This document shows positions 39,714 to 49,609 of a DNA stretch of 64,000 nucleotides, one piece after another (the stretch's first letter is position 1; every line of letters starts with the position of its first letter). The stretch spans positions 64,001-128,000 of the forward strand of contig CAZQNA010000003.1 of assembly GCA_964594835.1 (NCBI GenBank). Reading direction: 5' to 3'. A program made the position numbers and the translations under genes. Below the pieces are notes generated by a model. It was given only the letters and a program-made list of their open reading frames with translations, was not told where the DNA came from and did no database searches. Origin of the DNA: an uncultured Nitrososphaerota archaeon. GTDB taxonomy: Archaea; Korarchaeota; Korarchaeia; Korarchaeales; Korarchaeaceae.

Positions 39714-40100
39714 TCACTTGGCACTGAGGGCCTCGCCAATCTCGCCGGAAAGCCTGTCAAGCTCTATCAGCACGAGTCCCAGGTTGGCGTCCCTGCCGAT
39801 CAGCACTCCAATTATGTAGTCGCCCGCCCGCCTCACCACGAGGCTTCCCTCGTCAGCCTCAACGGTCGATGTCCGCAGGCCGCCAAGGCCAAGCTGGGAG
39901 ACTATTCTATTCTGAGCCGACACGATGGCCGCCAGTTGAGCGGAGAGCATCCTGGCGTCGACCTCTGAGCCCACAGCCACGGCTATGGGGAGCCCCCTTG
40001 GAGTGGCCACGGCGGCGCCTGTGACGTCAGGGGAATTGACCCTCACGAACTCTCGCAGGATGGACTCCACCCTCCTGCCCCTGCTTGACAGAAACTCCAC
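39714..40100 (-). CDS. Roadblock/LC7 (MglB-like) protein
   Basis: GAAVATPRGLPIA, LSAQLAAI, ANLGLVLIEL; likely GTG start at 40100. Confidence 0.88.
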   Translation of the reverse strand: MEFLSSRGRRVESILREFVRVNSPDVTGAAVATPRGLPIAVAVGSEVDARMLSAQLAAIVSAQNRIVSQLGLGGLRTSTVEADEGSLVVRRAGDYIIGVLIGRDANLGLVLIELDRLSGEIGEALSAK

Positions 40101-40241
40101 CCCTGAGGGTCTCTTAAAGGGAATACTTAGTAAAAAAGTTACTTGCGTCGATCCATGTTGCGTCAAGCATCCGGACCGCTGCCCGACTCACCGCCTGCCC
40201 TCGCGCCTCCAAGGCCCTGGGCCTCGGGGGCGGGGCCCCGC

Positions 40242-40934
40242 TCAGGGAGCCTCGCCGGGTAGGCTGAGCCTCACCACCAGCACCGATAAGACGTCCGTGG
40301 CGTCCTCGCAGAGGTCGGCGGCGTACTCCACCTCGTTGATCACGTCGTTCAGCAGTATGGCGGACCTCACCGACCCCGACTCGGGCAGCCTGGCCTTGGC
40401 CTCGTAGTAGAGGAGGTCTATCTCGTGCTCTATCGACTCCACCCTGTCTATCTGGCTCTTCGCATCCTCGAGGGAGGTCGTTGCCGACCTTATGGCCGAG
40501 GCCACCGCCTCAGTCTCCCTCGCGAGCCTCGACGTCATCTCCCTGAGGACCTCCTCCAGCCCGGAGGGGACCTCCTCCCCACCCTCCACAGCCACCCTGA
40601 TGGCCAGGGCGGTGTTCTTGATCTGATCGATTATCAGGTCGGTCCTCCTGGCCAGCCTGGCCAGCATCTCCGCATCTCTCGCTGGCACCTCGGACCGAGA
40701 GAGCCTGGCGAGGATCTGCCTCCTGAGCGAGTCCCCCTCCTCCTCTATCGAGGCTATCCTGGATATGCCGTCCTCCACGGCCGAGGACCCCGACGACCCC
40801 AGCCTCTCCACAACTCTGGACAGCTCCATGGCGGCGTCCCTGGCCTTGAGGGCCAGGTCGGCGATCGACTCCAGGATCGACGAGGAGGCGCTCCTCCTGA
40901 AGTACTCCAGGTACCTGTCGGCCATCCCCACCAC
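40242..40934 (-). CDS. DUF47 (PhoU-like) phosphate transport regulator
   Basis: IEEEGDSLRR, VESIEHEID, AADLCEDATD. Confidence 0.85.
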   Translation of the reverse strand: MVGMADRYLEYFRRSASSSILESIADLALKARDAAMELSRVVERLGSSGSSAVEDGISRIASIEEEGDSLRRQILARLSRSEVPARDAEMLARLARRTDLIIDQIKNTALAIRVAVEGGEEVPSGLEEVLREMTSRLARETEAVASAIRSATTSLEDAKSQIDRVESIEHEIDLLYYEAKARLPESGSVRSAILLNDVINEVEYAADLCEDATDVLSVLVVRLSLPGEAP

Positions 40935-40979
40935 CCATCCAGACCCATGGATTAAAGCCTGCGCAGGGGGCGCAGGGCC

Positions 40980-42041
40980 TCACTCCAGGGCGATGGCCCT
41001 AGTCAGGCCCTCCCTTGGGTACGGGAACACCCTGTACCTCCCCACGGAGAGCCTGACGCGGTCGCCCTCCGACAGGCCCGGGTCGCCTGGCAAAACCGCC
41101 CTGACGACGTCTCCCCCCGAGAGGACGACCTCGAGCCTGTACATCCCGCCCAGGTAGCTCCTCAGCTTCACCCTTCCCTCCAGGGGGCCCCCGTCCAGCT
41201 GGACCTCCTCAGGCCTGAAGCCGACCACCACCAGGTCCCCCTCCCTCAGCGTGGACCCCGGCGGGAGGTCCACCTCCCCGCCCGCGTGGAGCTCCACTCT
41301 CCCCAGCCTGACGTAGCCCACGAGGAAGTTCGCCTCCCCAACGAAGTTCATGACGAAGGGGGTCCTCGGATTCTCGTAGAGCTCCCTGGGGGTCCCCACC
41401 TGCTCGATCCTCCCGGCCCTCATGACGGCCACCCTGTCGGCCACTACCATGGCCTCCTCCTGATCGTGGGTGACGTGGAGCGCCGTGAGACCCCTGGACT
41501 TCACCAGGTCCCTGAGCCTGGCCCTCAGCTCCACAGCCGCCTTGGCGTCCAGGGCCGAGAGGGGCTCGTCCAGCAGGAGCACCCTAGCGTCCGAGGCGAG
41601 GGCCCTGGCGAGCGCCACCTCCTGCATCTCCCCCATGCTCATCTCGTCCGGCCTGTCCCCCGGCCTGGCCCTCGCCCTGACCGACCTCAGCGCCTCCAGC
41701 CCCTCCCTCCTGGCCTCAGACGGCGGCAGCCCCCTAACCCGCGGGGAGTAGGACGCATTCCCCAGGGCCGTCATGTGGGGGAAGAGGGCGATGTTTTGGA
41801 AGACCAGGGCCACTCCCCTCTCCTCCGGTGGGAGGTGGAGGACAGACTCCCCGTCGAAGAGCACGTCCCCCTCGTCTGGGAGCTCTATCCCCGAGACCAG
41901 GCGGAACATCGTGGACTTCCCGCACCCGCTCGGACCTATGATCCCCACGTACTCGCCGTCTCCCACCCCCAGGTCGACGCCGTCCACGGCTGTGACCCTG
42001 CCGTACCGCTTGACCAGGCCGACGAGCCTGACCTCAGGCAC
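40980..42041 (-). CDS. ABC importer ATPase with degenerate signature motif
   Basis: GPSGCGKST, MSMGEMQ in place of LSGGQ, LDEPLSALD, TOBE tail. Confidence 0.88.
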   Translation of the reverse strand: MPEVRLVGLVKRYGRVTAVDGVDLGVGDGEYVGIIGPSGCGKSTMFRLVSGIELPDEGDVLFDGESVLHLPPEERGVALVFQNIALFPHMTALGNASYSPRVRGLPPSEARREGLEALRSVRARARPGDRPDEMSMGEMQEVALARALASDARVLLLDEPLSALDAKAAVELRARLRDLVKSRGLTALHVTHDQEEAMVVADRVAVMRAGRIEQVGTPRELYENPRTPFVMNFVGEANFLVGYVRLGRVELHAGGEVDLPPGSTLREGDLVVVGFRPEEVQLDGGPLEGRVKLRSYLGGMYRLEVVLSGGDVVRAVLPGDPGLSEGDRVRLSVGRYRVFPYPREGLTRAIALE

Positions 42042-43134
42042 CCTCCAGCACCTCCCTCACCTCTGGAAACCTCTCCAGCTCGGTCAAGTCGAACAGGAGG
42101 ACGTGCTCCGGCGAGACGTCGACGACGACCCGGTCTCCCTCCGAGACGACCCCCAGCAGGGTTGTGGGGGACTCCGCCAGAAGCTCGACGCCCCCAGCCG
42201 ACAGCCTCAGCCTCGTGACCCTGCCGAGGAACCTGACCTCCTCGACCCTCGCCTCGAACCCCCTGGACGCCGACCTGGGCCTGGAGACCCTGACCAGCCT
42301 CGACCTGATCACGACGACGACCTCTCCCGAAGCCTGGGCGGACGAGGTGAGCTCCAGGTCTCCCAGCCTGACGACGGTCCTCTCGCCCGAGGGCTCGGCC
42401 CTCCCGATCGCCATGGTGCTCTCCCCGACGAAGTACGCGGTGAAGAGGGTCCTGGGCCTCTCGTACAGGTCCTCGGGCGTGCCCACCTCCACGACCTCGC
42501 CCCCTCTCAGGAGGACGATCCTGTCGGCCACGCTCAGGGCCTCCTCGTAGTCGTGGGTGACGTGGACCGTGGTCATCCCGAGGGCCCTGGCCATCTCCCT
42601 GACCTCGTACCTCAGCCTCAGCCTGAGGAGGGCGTCCAGGGCCCTGAGCGGCTCGTCCAGCAGAAGCACCCTCGGGGAGCTCGCCAGGGCCCTGGCGAGA
42701 GACACCCTCTGCTGCATCCCCCCGCTGAGCTCCCCCGGCAGGGCGTCGGCCCTCTCCAGGAGGCCGACCGACTCAAGCATCTGCCTCCCGACCCTGACCA
42801 CGTCCTCCCTGGGCCAACCCCTCACCCGGGGCCCGAAGGTCACATTCTCCCAGGCCGTCATGTGGGGGAAGAGGGCGTAGCCCTGGGGCATGTAGCCAAC
42901 TCCCCTCTCCTCCGGGGGGAGCGCGGTCACGTCCTCGCCCCCTATCAGGACCCTGCCGGAGTCTGGCCTCACCACGCCAGCCACGACGTTGAGGAGGGTC
43001 GTCTTTCCTGCTCCCGTCGGGCCCAGCAGGCACAGGTACTCGCCCTCCTCGACCCTGAGCGTGACGTCCCTCAGAGCCTGGACCGGCCCAAAGCGCTTGC
43101 TGACGCCGACCAGCTCGAGCCCCGCCATCGTCAC
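42034..43134 (-). CDS. ABC importer ATPase (PotA/CysA/WtpC-like)
   Basis: GPTGAGKTT, LSGGMQQR, LDEP, VTHD. Confidence 0.9.
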   Translation of the reverse strand: MTMAGLELVGVSKRFGPVQALRDVTLRVEEGEYLCLLGPTGAGKTTLLNVVAGVVRPDSGRVLIGGEDVTALPPEERGVGYMPQGYALFPHMTAWENVTFGPRVRGWPREDVVRVGRQMLESVGLLERADALPGELSGGMQQRVSLARALASSPRVLLLDEPLRALDALLRLRLRYEVREMARALGMTTVHVTHDYEEALSVADRIVLLRGGEVVEVGTPEDLYERPRTLFTAYFVGESTMAIGRAEPSGERTVVRLGDLELTSSAQASGEVVVVIRSRLVRVSRPRSASRGFEARVEEVRFLGRVTRLRLSAGGVELLAESPTTLLGVVSEGDRVVVDVSPEHVLLFDLTELERFPEVREVLEGA

Positions 43135-44720
43135 CTCACCCTAGCGGCCTTCCTCAGCGCGTAGATCACCCCGAACGAGACCCCGCCGAGGAGGAGCGTC
43201 GCCAGCCCGGCCAGGTCCATCCTCCCCGCCTTGACCAGCCCGACTATGTACACCGGGGCGGTTATCGCCTCCGGATAGACCGCGAGCGTTGCCCCGGTCT
43301 CGTTGAGGCTCCTGGCGAAGGCCAGCACAGCCCCGGCCGCGACGGACGGCTTGATGACCGGGAGGACCACGCGCCTGAAGGTCACCGCCCCGTCGGCCCC
43401 CAGCGTCCTCGCCGCCGCCTCCAGCCCGGGGTCCATGGAGTGGAGGGCGGCTATCAGGTTCCTCGCCACCAGGGAGAAGGTGAAGCTCACGTGGGCCAGG
43501 CCGACCAGCAGCAGGCCGGGGGCGCCAGGCATCAGGGCGGTCCAGAAGAGGCCGAGGCTGAAACCCAGCGCGGCCGTGGGCACCAGGAGCGGGACGTCGA
43601 CGAGGCTGTCCAGGAGCCTGGATGCGGGTCCCGGGAGCTTCCTGGTCACGAGGATGGCGAGGGGGAAGGCGAAGGCCAGGTCAAGGGCGGTGACCCCGGC
43701 GGCCACCAGGAATGACCTGGCCACCGAGAGCCAGAAGTCCAGGGGCACCCCGACCAGCGTGGCCGAGGCCGCCACGAAGAAGGAGGGGAGGATGAAGGCG
43801 GTGAGGGCGAAGGATCCAGAGACCAGGTCCCTCAGGTCGGGGAAGGGTGGGCAGCTGAGCCTCGCCTCCAGGGAACGCATGACTCGGCCCTCCGGCAGGT
43901 TTAGCCTCATTCCAACCTCCTTGAAGGCGTAGAGGATCAGGAGGGACGAGGCCATCATGAGGAAGCTCAGGAAGGCTGCGGCCGGGAGGAGGGTGGGGGC
44001 CAGGGAGGGGTCCTGCTTCATGAGGGACTTCCAGTAACCTATGAGGACGGAGGCGTTCTTCTGCTCGAGGCCGAGCGTCAGCAGGAGGACGGTGGCCCCT
44101 CCAGTCTCGCTCAGGGCCTGGGCGAAGGAGAGGACCGATCCCGCGACTATCCCGGCCCTGGCCAGGGGGATCGTCACGGTCCTGGTGGCGGTGAGGGGGA
44201 CCGCCCCGAGGGTCCTCGCGGCCACCTCGTACGTGTAGTCAACCTCCTCCAGGGCCGAGGAGATGCTCCTGACCATGTAGGGGAAGGTTATCGCCACCTG
44301 GAGCGCCGTCAGCCCGAGGAGCGGGTCGGCGAGGTGGGCCAGCGTCATCCAGTACAGGGCGACCGAGAGGCCCCTGGCGGAGGTCGGGACCGACATGGGT
44401 ATGTCCAGCAGCGTGTTGACCACCCTCTTGCCCGGGAATGGCCTCTTCACCAGGGCCCAGGCCAGGGGGAGCCCGAACGCGAGGTCCACTAGAGTGGTGA
44501 GGGTCGCGACCTTGTAGGAGAGAGCCACGGCGTACCTCACCTGAGAGGCTATCTCCGGCCTGGACATGACGTCCCTGATCGCCGACCACCCCGAGACCAC
44601 GTACCCAAAGACGTAGGTGGGAGGAAGCAGGACGACGAGGGCGAAGAAGGCCAGGGCGGCGGCGTACCATGCCCAGCGGAGGGGCGCCGACCGCGACAGC
44701 CTCGAGAGGGCCGAGCTCAT
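43131..44720 (-). CDS. Fused two-domain ABC permease (ModB/CysT/FbpB-like)
   Basis: Two EAA motifs (EVAARTLGA, EAAARTLGA) and two ETGxT motifs; likely ATG at 44720. Confidence 0.88.
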   Translation of the reverse strand: MSSALSRLSRSAPLRWAWYAAALAFFALVVLLPPTYVFGYVVSGWSAIRDVMSRPEIASQVRYAVALSYKVATLTTLVDLAFGLPLAWALVKRPFPGKRVVNTLLDIPMSVPTSARGLSVALYWMTLAHLADPLLGLTALQVAITFPYMVRSISSALEEVDYTYEVAARTLGAVPLTATRTVTIPLARAGIVAGSVLSFAQALSETGGATVLLLTLGLEQKNASVLIGYWKSLMKQDPSLAPTLLPAAAFLSFLMMASSLLILYAFKEVGMRLNLPEGRVMRSLEARLSCPPFPDLRDLVSGSFALTAFILPSFFVAASATLVGVPLDFWLSVARSFLVAAGVTALDLAFAFPLAILVTRKLPGPASRLLDSLVDVPLLVPTAALGFSLGLFWTALMPGAPGLLLVGLAHVSFTFSLVARNLIAALHSMDPGLEAAARTLGADGAVTFRRVVLPVIKPSVAAGAVLAFARSLNETGATLAVYPEAITAPVYIVGLVKAGRMDLAGLATLLLGGVSFGVIYALRKAARVR

Positions 44721-44847
44721 CTCTACCGTCGCCGTCCCATCCGCCCAGGTAAAAACGATTAACCTGCACACCCCACGGCGCTGGTATTGTATGGAGAACA
44801 TGTAGCCGGCGCCTCGCGCCTTTTTCAGCTCCCCCCCGCGCCGCCCG

Positions 44848-45150
44848 GTGGGTGATAGGTTGCTGGGAGAGAACCCCATCAAGCTGCCCCCGGGCAGGAA
44901 GCTGACCAGGGGAGAGCTGGCGCAGGCCCTCAGACTGGCGGTGATAGCCGAGCTGGACGCGATAAACCTCTACCTGCAGCTGGCGTCGGCCTGCGAGGAC
45001 GAGGGTATCAAGAGACTCTTCGTAGACGTCGCCAAGGAGGAGAAGACCCACGTCGGGGAGTTCCTGGAGGCCCTGCTGAGGCTCGACCCCGAGCAGGTCA
45101 AGGAGCTCGAGGAGGGCAGGAAGGAGCTCGAGGAGATCCTGGGAGGGTGA
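44848..45150 (+). CDS. Ferritin-like protein (Flp/encapsulin-cargo type)
   Basis: ELAQALRLAVIAELDAINLY...AKEEKTHVGEF...LDPEQ. Confidence 0.85.
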   Translation: MGDRLLGENPIKLPPGRKLTRGELAQALRLAVIAELDAINLYLQLASACEDEGIKRLFVDVAKEEKTHVGEFLEALLRLDPEQVKELEEGRKELEEILGG

Positions 45151-45171
45151 GCGGCCGGCCCCCATCCTATC

Positions 45172-46176
45172 CTACCCCAGGAGGTCGACGGTCACCTCGG
45201 CCACGTCGGAGCCGTACTCCGCGACCCTTCGCAGGCTCTCCAGCGTGAGGCCCAGCCTTACCCTCCTCCCCCTGAAGGCGTCCGAGACGATTATCTCCTC
45301 GAGCACGCGGTCGGCGAGTGAGGAGGCCTCCCCCGCCCGGTTCAGGGCCTCGCTCGCCTTCGCCATGTCGAGCGACGTCAGGGAGTCCGTGGCCAGCCTG
45401 ACTATCTCCGTGCCCATCTCGGCCAGCCTCCTCATTCCATCCAGCCCCTGGATGGGGGCCCCGAACTTCAGCGCCGACCTGGCAACGTTGGAGGCGTGAT
45501 CTCCGATCCTCTCAACGGCCTTGGCGGCGAGCCTGTAGCCCAGTGCGTCGACCGCCCACCTGAGCCCGACGTCCTCCGGGTCCAGGCGCCCCGACACAAC
45601 CGCCGAGGCCTGCCTCCCGATGAGGAAGTAGAACTTGTCGACCTCCTCGTCCCTGGCCACGATCTCCTCGGCGAGCTCGACGTCACCCTCGAGGAGGGCC
45701 TCCGTGGCGTCCATCACCATGTCGGCGGCGAGGGAGCTCATCCTCGCGAAGGCCCTGGGGGCGGGAAAGTCGGAGTACGTCCTCATGCACTGGAAGGTCA
45801 GGGTCCCGCCCTTCTCGGCCACGACCTCCACCCCGACGAGCTTGGCCCTTATCGCCGACTTCAGGTCCCTGGCCCAGGCGGACTTCCCGCCCAGGTCGAC
45901 CGTTATCAGGTCCCTGCCGGCAAGGTAGGCGGATATCACCCTCATGGTCAGGGACCTCAGGTCGTCCCTCGGCTCGGCCCTGACGACGACCTCCTGGAAC
46001 TCCTCCCTGGACCGGCCGAGTGGGATTAGCTTCAGGCTCTGGTCCGGTAGGATCCTTATCTCGACGAGGTCGTCCTTTGTGAGGCCTATTCCCCTGGCCC
46101 ACGACTTGGGGAGGGTCACCGACAGCGAGGACCTGCCGAGCATCTGGACCTTCCTTATCTCCTTCCCGGGGGGCAT
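45172..46176 (-). CDS. phoU: Archaeal phosphate regulator: AbrB domain plus two PhoU repeats
   Basis: RKVQMLGRSSLSVTLPKSWA, DEEVDKFY, ERIGDHA, RRVAEY. Confidence 0.9.
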   Translation of the reverse strand: MPPGKEIRKVQMLGRSSLSVTLPKSWARGIGLTKDDLVEIRILPDQSLKLIPLGRSREEFQEVVVRAEPRDDLRSLTMRVISAYLAGRDLITVDLGGKSAWARDLKSAIRAKLVGVEVVAEKGGTLTFQCMRTYSDFPAPRAFARMSSLAADMVMDATEALLEGDVELAEEIVARDEEVDKFYFLIGRQASAVVSGRLDPEDVGLRWAVDALGYRLAAKAVERIGDHASNVARSALKFGAPIQGLDGMRRLAEMGTEIVRLATDSLTSLDMAKASEALNRAGEASSLADRVLEEIIVSDAFRGRRVRLGLTLESLRRVAEYGSDVAEVTVDLLG

Positions 46177-46349
46177 CCGTGATCAGGCGTAAGTAAAGCA
46201 AATACATATACTTACACGGCCCCGCCGGTCCGAGCGTGTAATTAGGGCGCGGGGCGGATCCCCGAGGTGCCCCGCCAAGCTCTCGGGGGAGGGAGGGGAC
46301 GTCAGACCCGGCCGGGCTGATCTGGGGTTCGCCGACCGGCCGGCCCCCA

Positions 46350-47051
46350 TCACTCCGAAGGGAAGAGGCGATCGACCGCCATCCCCGCCAGGTTGAAGCA
46401 GGCGTGGGCAACGACCGCGGGGGCGAGCGACCCGCTGACGGCCCTGAAGTATCCCGCCAGCACCCCGAGGACCAGCGCGGCGGCAAGCACGGACCCCAGG
46501 TATCCCCTGGGCGCCCCCGAGAAGGGGGCCACGTGGACCAGAGAGAAGAGGACGGCCGGGATGGCGATAGCCACCCACAGGACGCCGGGGGAGGAGCCCA
46601 GGGTCGAGAGCAGGCGGCCCTCGAGGAGCCCCCTGAAGAGCAGCTCCTCGCCGATCGGGGCCAGCGCCAGGGCCAGGATCGCGCCTCTGATTGGGTCCTC
46701 AGGCTCGAAGGGGGGCCTGTATCCCCGGGAGAACCTCGCCGCCGGGATCGACAGGGTCGCCGCAAGAGGTAGGGATACCGCCAGCGACCTGAGCGACGAG
46801 TCCAGGTCGATGGTGAGGCCCATCGCCGACCGGCCGCCCGCGAGGCTCGCCAGGGCAAGCGACACGAGCGCGAAGGTCAGCTGGGACGCGGAGGCGAGCT
46901 TCCAGTCCTCCTCCGATCCGAGGAGCCTGGCGAGGGCCGAGGTCACGACCACGCCGGACGCGAGGGCCAGGGCCCAGAGCCCCAGGGCCTCGAGTATCGC
47001 CCCCAGCACGCCGGTCCCGGGGAGTCCCCCAGCAAAAAGATTTCCGCCCAA
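46350..47051 (-). CDS. CPBP/Abi-family intramembrane glutamic protease
   Basis: APIGEELLFRG, FSLVH, AHACFN. Confidence 0.88.
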   Translation of the reverse strand: MGGNLFAGGLPGTGVLGAILEALGLWALALASGVVVTSALARLLGSEEDWKLASASQLTFALVSLALASLAGGRSAMGLTIDLDSSLRSLAVSLPLAATLSIPAARFSRGYRPPFEPEDPIRGAILALALAPIGEELLFRGLLEGRLLSTLGSSPGVLWVAIAIPAVLFSLVHVAPFSGAPRGYLGSVLAAALVLGVLAGYFRAVSGSLAPAVVAHACFNLAGMAVDRLFPSE

Positions 47052-47265
47052 GGCCCCGGAGCCGGGGCCTGGACCGGAACTCGAGCGCCTCCACCGCGAA
47101 CAAGTGATTAGGCCTCCTAGCCGACGCGGGCTCGTGGAGGACCTGTTGGACGGGCTCGGAGGTCTTCAGGGCCACAGGGAAGGGGCGCTTTCTCATTTCG
47201 GATCGAGGGTCCAGGAGAGCCGAGTCCTCTGGGCGAATGCGACTTCTCGGTTAGCTGACCAAAGC

Positions 47266-47946
47266 TCAGATCGACGCGGACTTCTCGGGATCCCGACCGA
47301 GCACCACGATCAGGTCCGACCACCTCATTCCGCCCGCCGCCTCCGCGTATGCCGGAAACTCCAGCATCTCGGCTACGATCCCCTCGGGAACGCTCAGCCT
47401 CCTCCACAGGCTCACCGCCTCCCTGGCGATCCTCTTCGCCTCCTCCCTGGGGATAGGAGAAGGCTGGGCCACCTTCCCCGCCACCTCCACGGCAAATCCG
47501 CAGGACTCCAAGAGGCCCCTCCAGTACCCCAGCGGCCTGTACTCCTCGAACCTCCCGACGCTCTCCATGGCCCCCCTCCAGAGCTCTGAGAACCTTCGAA
47601 AAGCCGGGCAGCCCTCGGGAGACGGCTCCACCACTAGGACCCTGAGTGCCACCTCGCGGGCGATCGCGAGGACGTCGCGGTGCCTCTCGGGGTCGACCTC
47701 GTGGAGGGAGAAGTGGAAGACCGCTAGGTCGGCGAACCTGCGCCTGAAGGGGAGGTTCAGGAAGTCGCAGGCCACCACGGGGACGCCAGCGTCGGCTAAC
47801 TCCCTGAGCCTCTCTACGTCGCGGTCGACGGCCACGACATCCGCGCCCATCTGGAGGAGTCGCCAGGTGGACTCTCCGGCGCCGAAGTCGACTACCCTCA
47901 AGCCGCTGAAGTCCAGGACGGACCAGGGGTCCTCCACATCCACCAC
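47266..47946 (-). CDS. Class I SAM-dependent methyltransferase
   Basis: VVDFGAG, CDFLNLPF, FSLHE. Confidence 0.8.
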   Translation of the reverse strand: MVDVEDPWSVLDFSGLRVVDFGAGESTWRLLQMGADVVAVDRDVERLRELADAGVPVVACDFLNLPFRRRFADLAVFHFSLHEVDPERHRDVLAIAREVALRVLVVEPSPEGCPAFRRFSELWRGAMESVGRFEEYRPLGYWRGLLESCGFAVEVAGKVAQPSPIPREEAKRIAREAVSLWRRLSVPEGIVAEMLEFPAYAEAAGGMRWSDLIVVLGRDPEKSASI

Positions 47947-48053
47947 CTGAACCGTGCCAGCGGAGGGATTACGGGGGTCACTCCTCTAGGAGTCCGAATA
48001 TCTCTACCCCTGGGGCCTCTAGTGTTGAGGTGTGGGCCGGGCCACGTCGCCTG

Positions 48054-48668
48054 TCAGACCGCCTCCACCCTGACCCCCCTCGACTCTGCGTAGCCTACCA
48101 CCTCTCGCGGGATCCAGGTTCCGGAGAGGACTGGTATGACCCTCATTCCCGCGTACTCCCTCCTCAGCGCCTCGACCTTGTCCAGCAGGTCGTCCACGCC
48201 CCTCCTGCCTGGCCTTATCTTCACCTCAACGGCGTAGACCTCTCCCTCCCCCACAACCAGCAGGTCCACCCCCCTGTCGCCGACCATCACGCCCCTCCTG
48301 ACCTCCCTGACGGACCCACCCCTCTCCTCCAGAGACCTCCTGATGGTCTCCTCCACCCTCCAGGAGAAGAAAGCCTCCGTCAGGGCCCCCAGGTCCATCC
48401 TGTTGAGCTCGATGAGCCGCCTCATGTCCCTAATCTCGCTCACGATCTCGTTGAACTTGCGGTCGTGCGCCTCCAGCCTTCGCGTGTGCTCCTCCAGTAT
48501 CTCCCTGTGGGTCCTGAGCTCCTCAAGTATCTCGTTGAACTTCCTATCGTGCGCCTCCAGCCTGTCGAGGATGTCTCTGTATCCGAGGAGGACGGCCACT
48601 GTGTACCTGAACTCCTTATCTTCCCTCAGCAGGTTGAACAGCCTCTCCTTGAGTTCTGCCTCACTCAT
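48054..48668 (-). CDS. Coiled-coil plus PD-(D/E)XK protein (DUF3782/restriction-endonuclease-like)
   Basis: LLREDKEFRYTV, repeated RLEAHDRKFNEI, VDLLV...AVEVK; likely ATG at 48668. Confidence 0.75.
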   Translation of the reverse strand: MSEAELKERLFNLLREDKEFRYTVAVLLGYRDILDRLEAHDRKFNEILEELRTHREILEEHTRRLEAHDRKFNEIVSEIRDMRRLIELNRMDLGALTEAFFSWRVEETIRRSLEERGGSVREVRRGVMVGDRGVDLLVVGEGEVYAVEVKIRPGRRGVDDLLDKVEALRREYAGMRVIPVLSGTWIPREVVGYAESRGVRVEAV

Positions 48669-48894
48669 CCTCCGAGTCCTCCTTTCTCGAATCAATTTAT
48701 CGGGCCCCGATTGAAAAAGTTGCCTGGCGTGGCTTGATCTCCCGCTAAGGCTCTGGACTTCCAGCCGAAGGTATTTCACCCGGGCACACGGTTAGCCCTG
48801 CAGCTTCTGAGAGCACGGAGCGGCTCAATTTGTCACCTAGGCAGCCCTCCAAGAGGGTGCTAAGCTTAATTTATCACATTGAGACAAAATCACA

Positions 48895-49131
48895 ATGTAC
48901 AAAACCGTGAGGGTGAGGGAGGACACCTACAGGAGGCTCAACGAGCTGGCGGCCAGACTGAGGGAGAGGCTGGGAAGGCCCGTGAGCATGGACGAGGTCA
49001 TCAGGAGGCTCCTGCTGTCCAAGAGGCCCAGCGAGTTGGCTGGCGCCTGGAAGATGTCAGAGGAAGAGGAGGAAGCAGTCAGGGAGGCTATCGGGAGGCT
49101 GAGGTCAAGGTGGAGGCCTCGTACTGCCTAG
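48895..49131 (+). CDS. VapB-type antitoxin
   Basis: KTVRVREDTYRRL...SMDEVIRRLL, LAGAW; overlaps vapC. Confidence 0.8.
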   Translation: MYKTVRVREDTYRRLNELAARLRERLGRPVSMDEVIRRLLLSKRPSELAGAWKMSEEEEEAVREAIGRLRSRWRPRTA

Positions 49132-49529
49132 ACACGGACGTGCTGGTCGACCTCCTCAGGGGCAGGCGACCCTCCGTTGAGGCGGTCAAGATCCTCGAGG
49201 ACTCGCTGGTCGAGCTCGCGACCACCGCCGTAACTGCCTTCGAGCTCTACTACGGGGCCCTCAAGTCCGCCAGGGTTCGGGAGAACTTGAACGTGGTTCG
49301 GGAGCTGCTCGACGGGCTGGAGGTGATCGAGCTGGACGAGGCCGTCGCCGAGCTGGCGGCCCGGCAACTGGCGAGGCTGGAGTCTCTAGGGCAGCCAATA
49401 GAGCTGGCGGACCTCTTCATCGGTTGCGCGGCCCTCAGCAGGGGGATGACGCTGGTCGCTTGGAACGTCGGGCACTTCAGGAGGATCGAGGGGCTAAGGG
49501 TCGTGACGCCGAGAGAGATCCTTGAATAG
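49110..49529 (+). CDS. vapC: VapC PIN-domain toxin
   Basis: LDTDVLVD, FELYYG, DLFIG, NVGHFRRI. Confidence 0.9.
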   Translation: MEASYCLDTDVLVDLLRGRRPSVEAVKILEDSLVELATTAVTAFELYYGALKSARVRENLNVVRELLDGLEVIELDEAVAELAARQLARLESLGQPIELADLFIGCAALSRGMTLVAWNVGHFRRIEGLRVVTPREILE

Positions 49530-49609
49530 GCCCCGCAATTCTCGATGGTCCAGCGGATCTACGATTTTAATCACCCGCCGGCCTACCAGCGCTGCCCGAG
49601 CCGGCCGGA

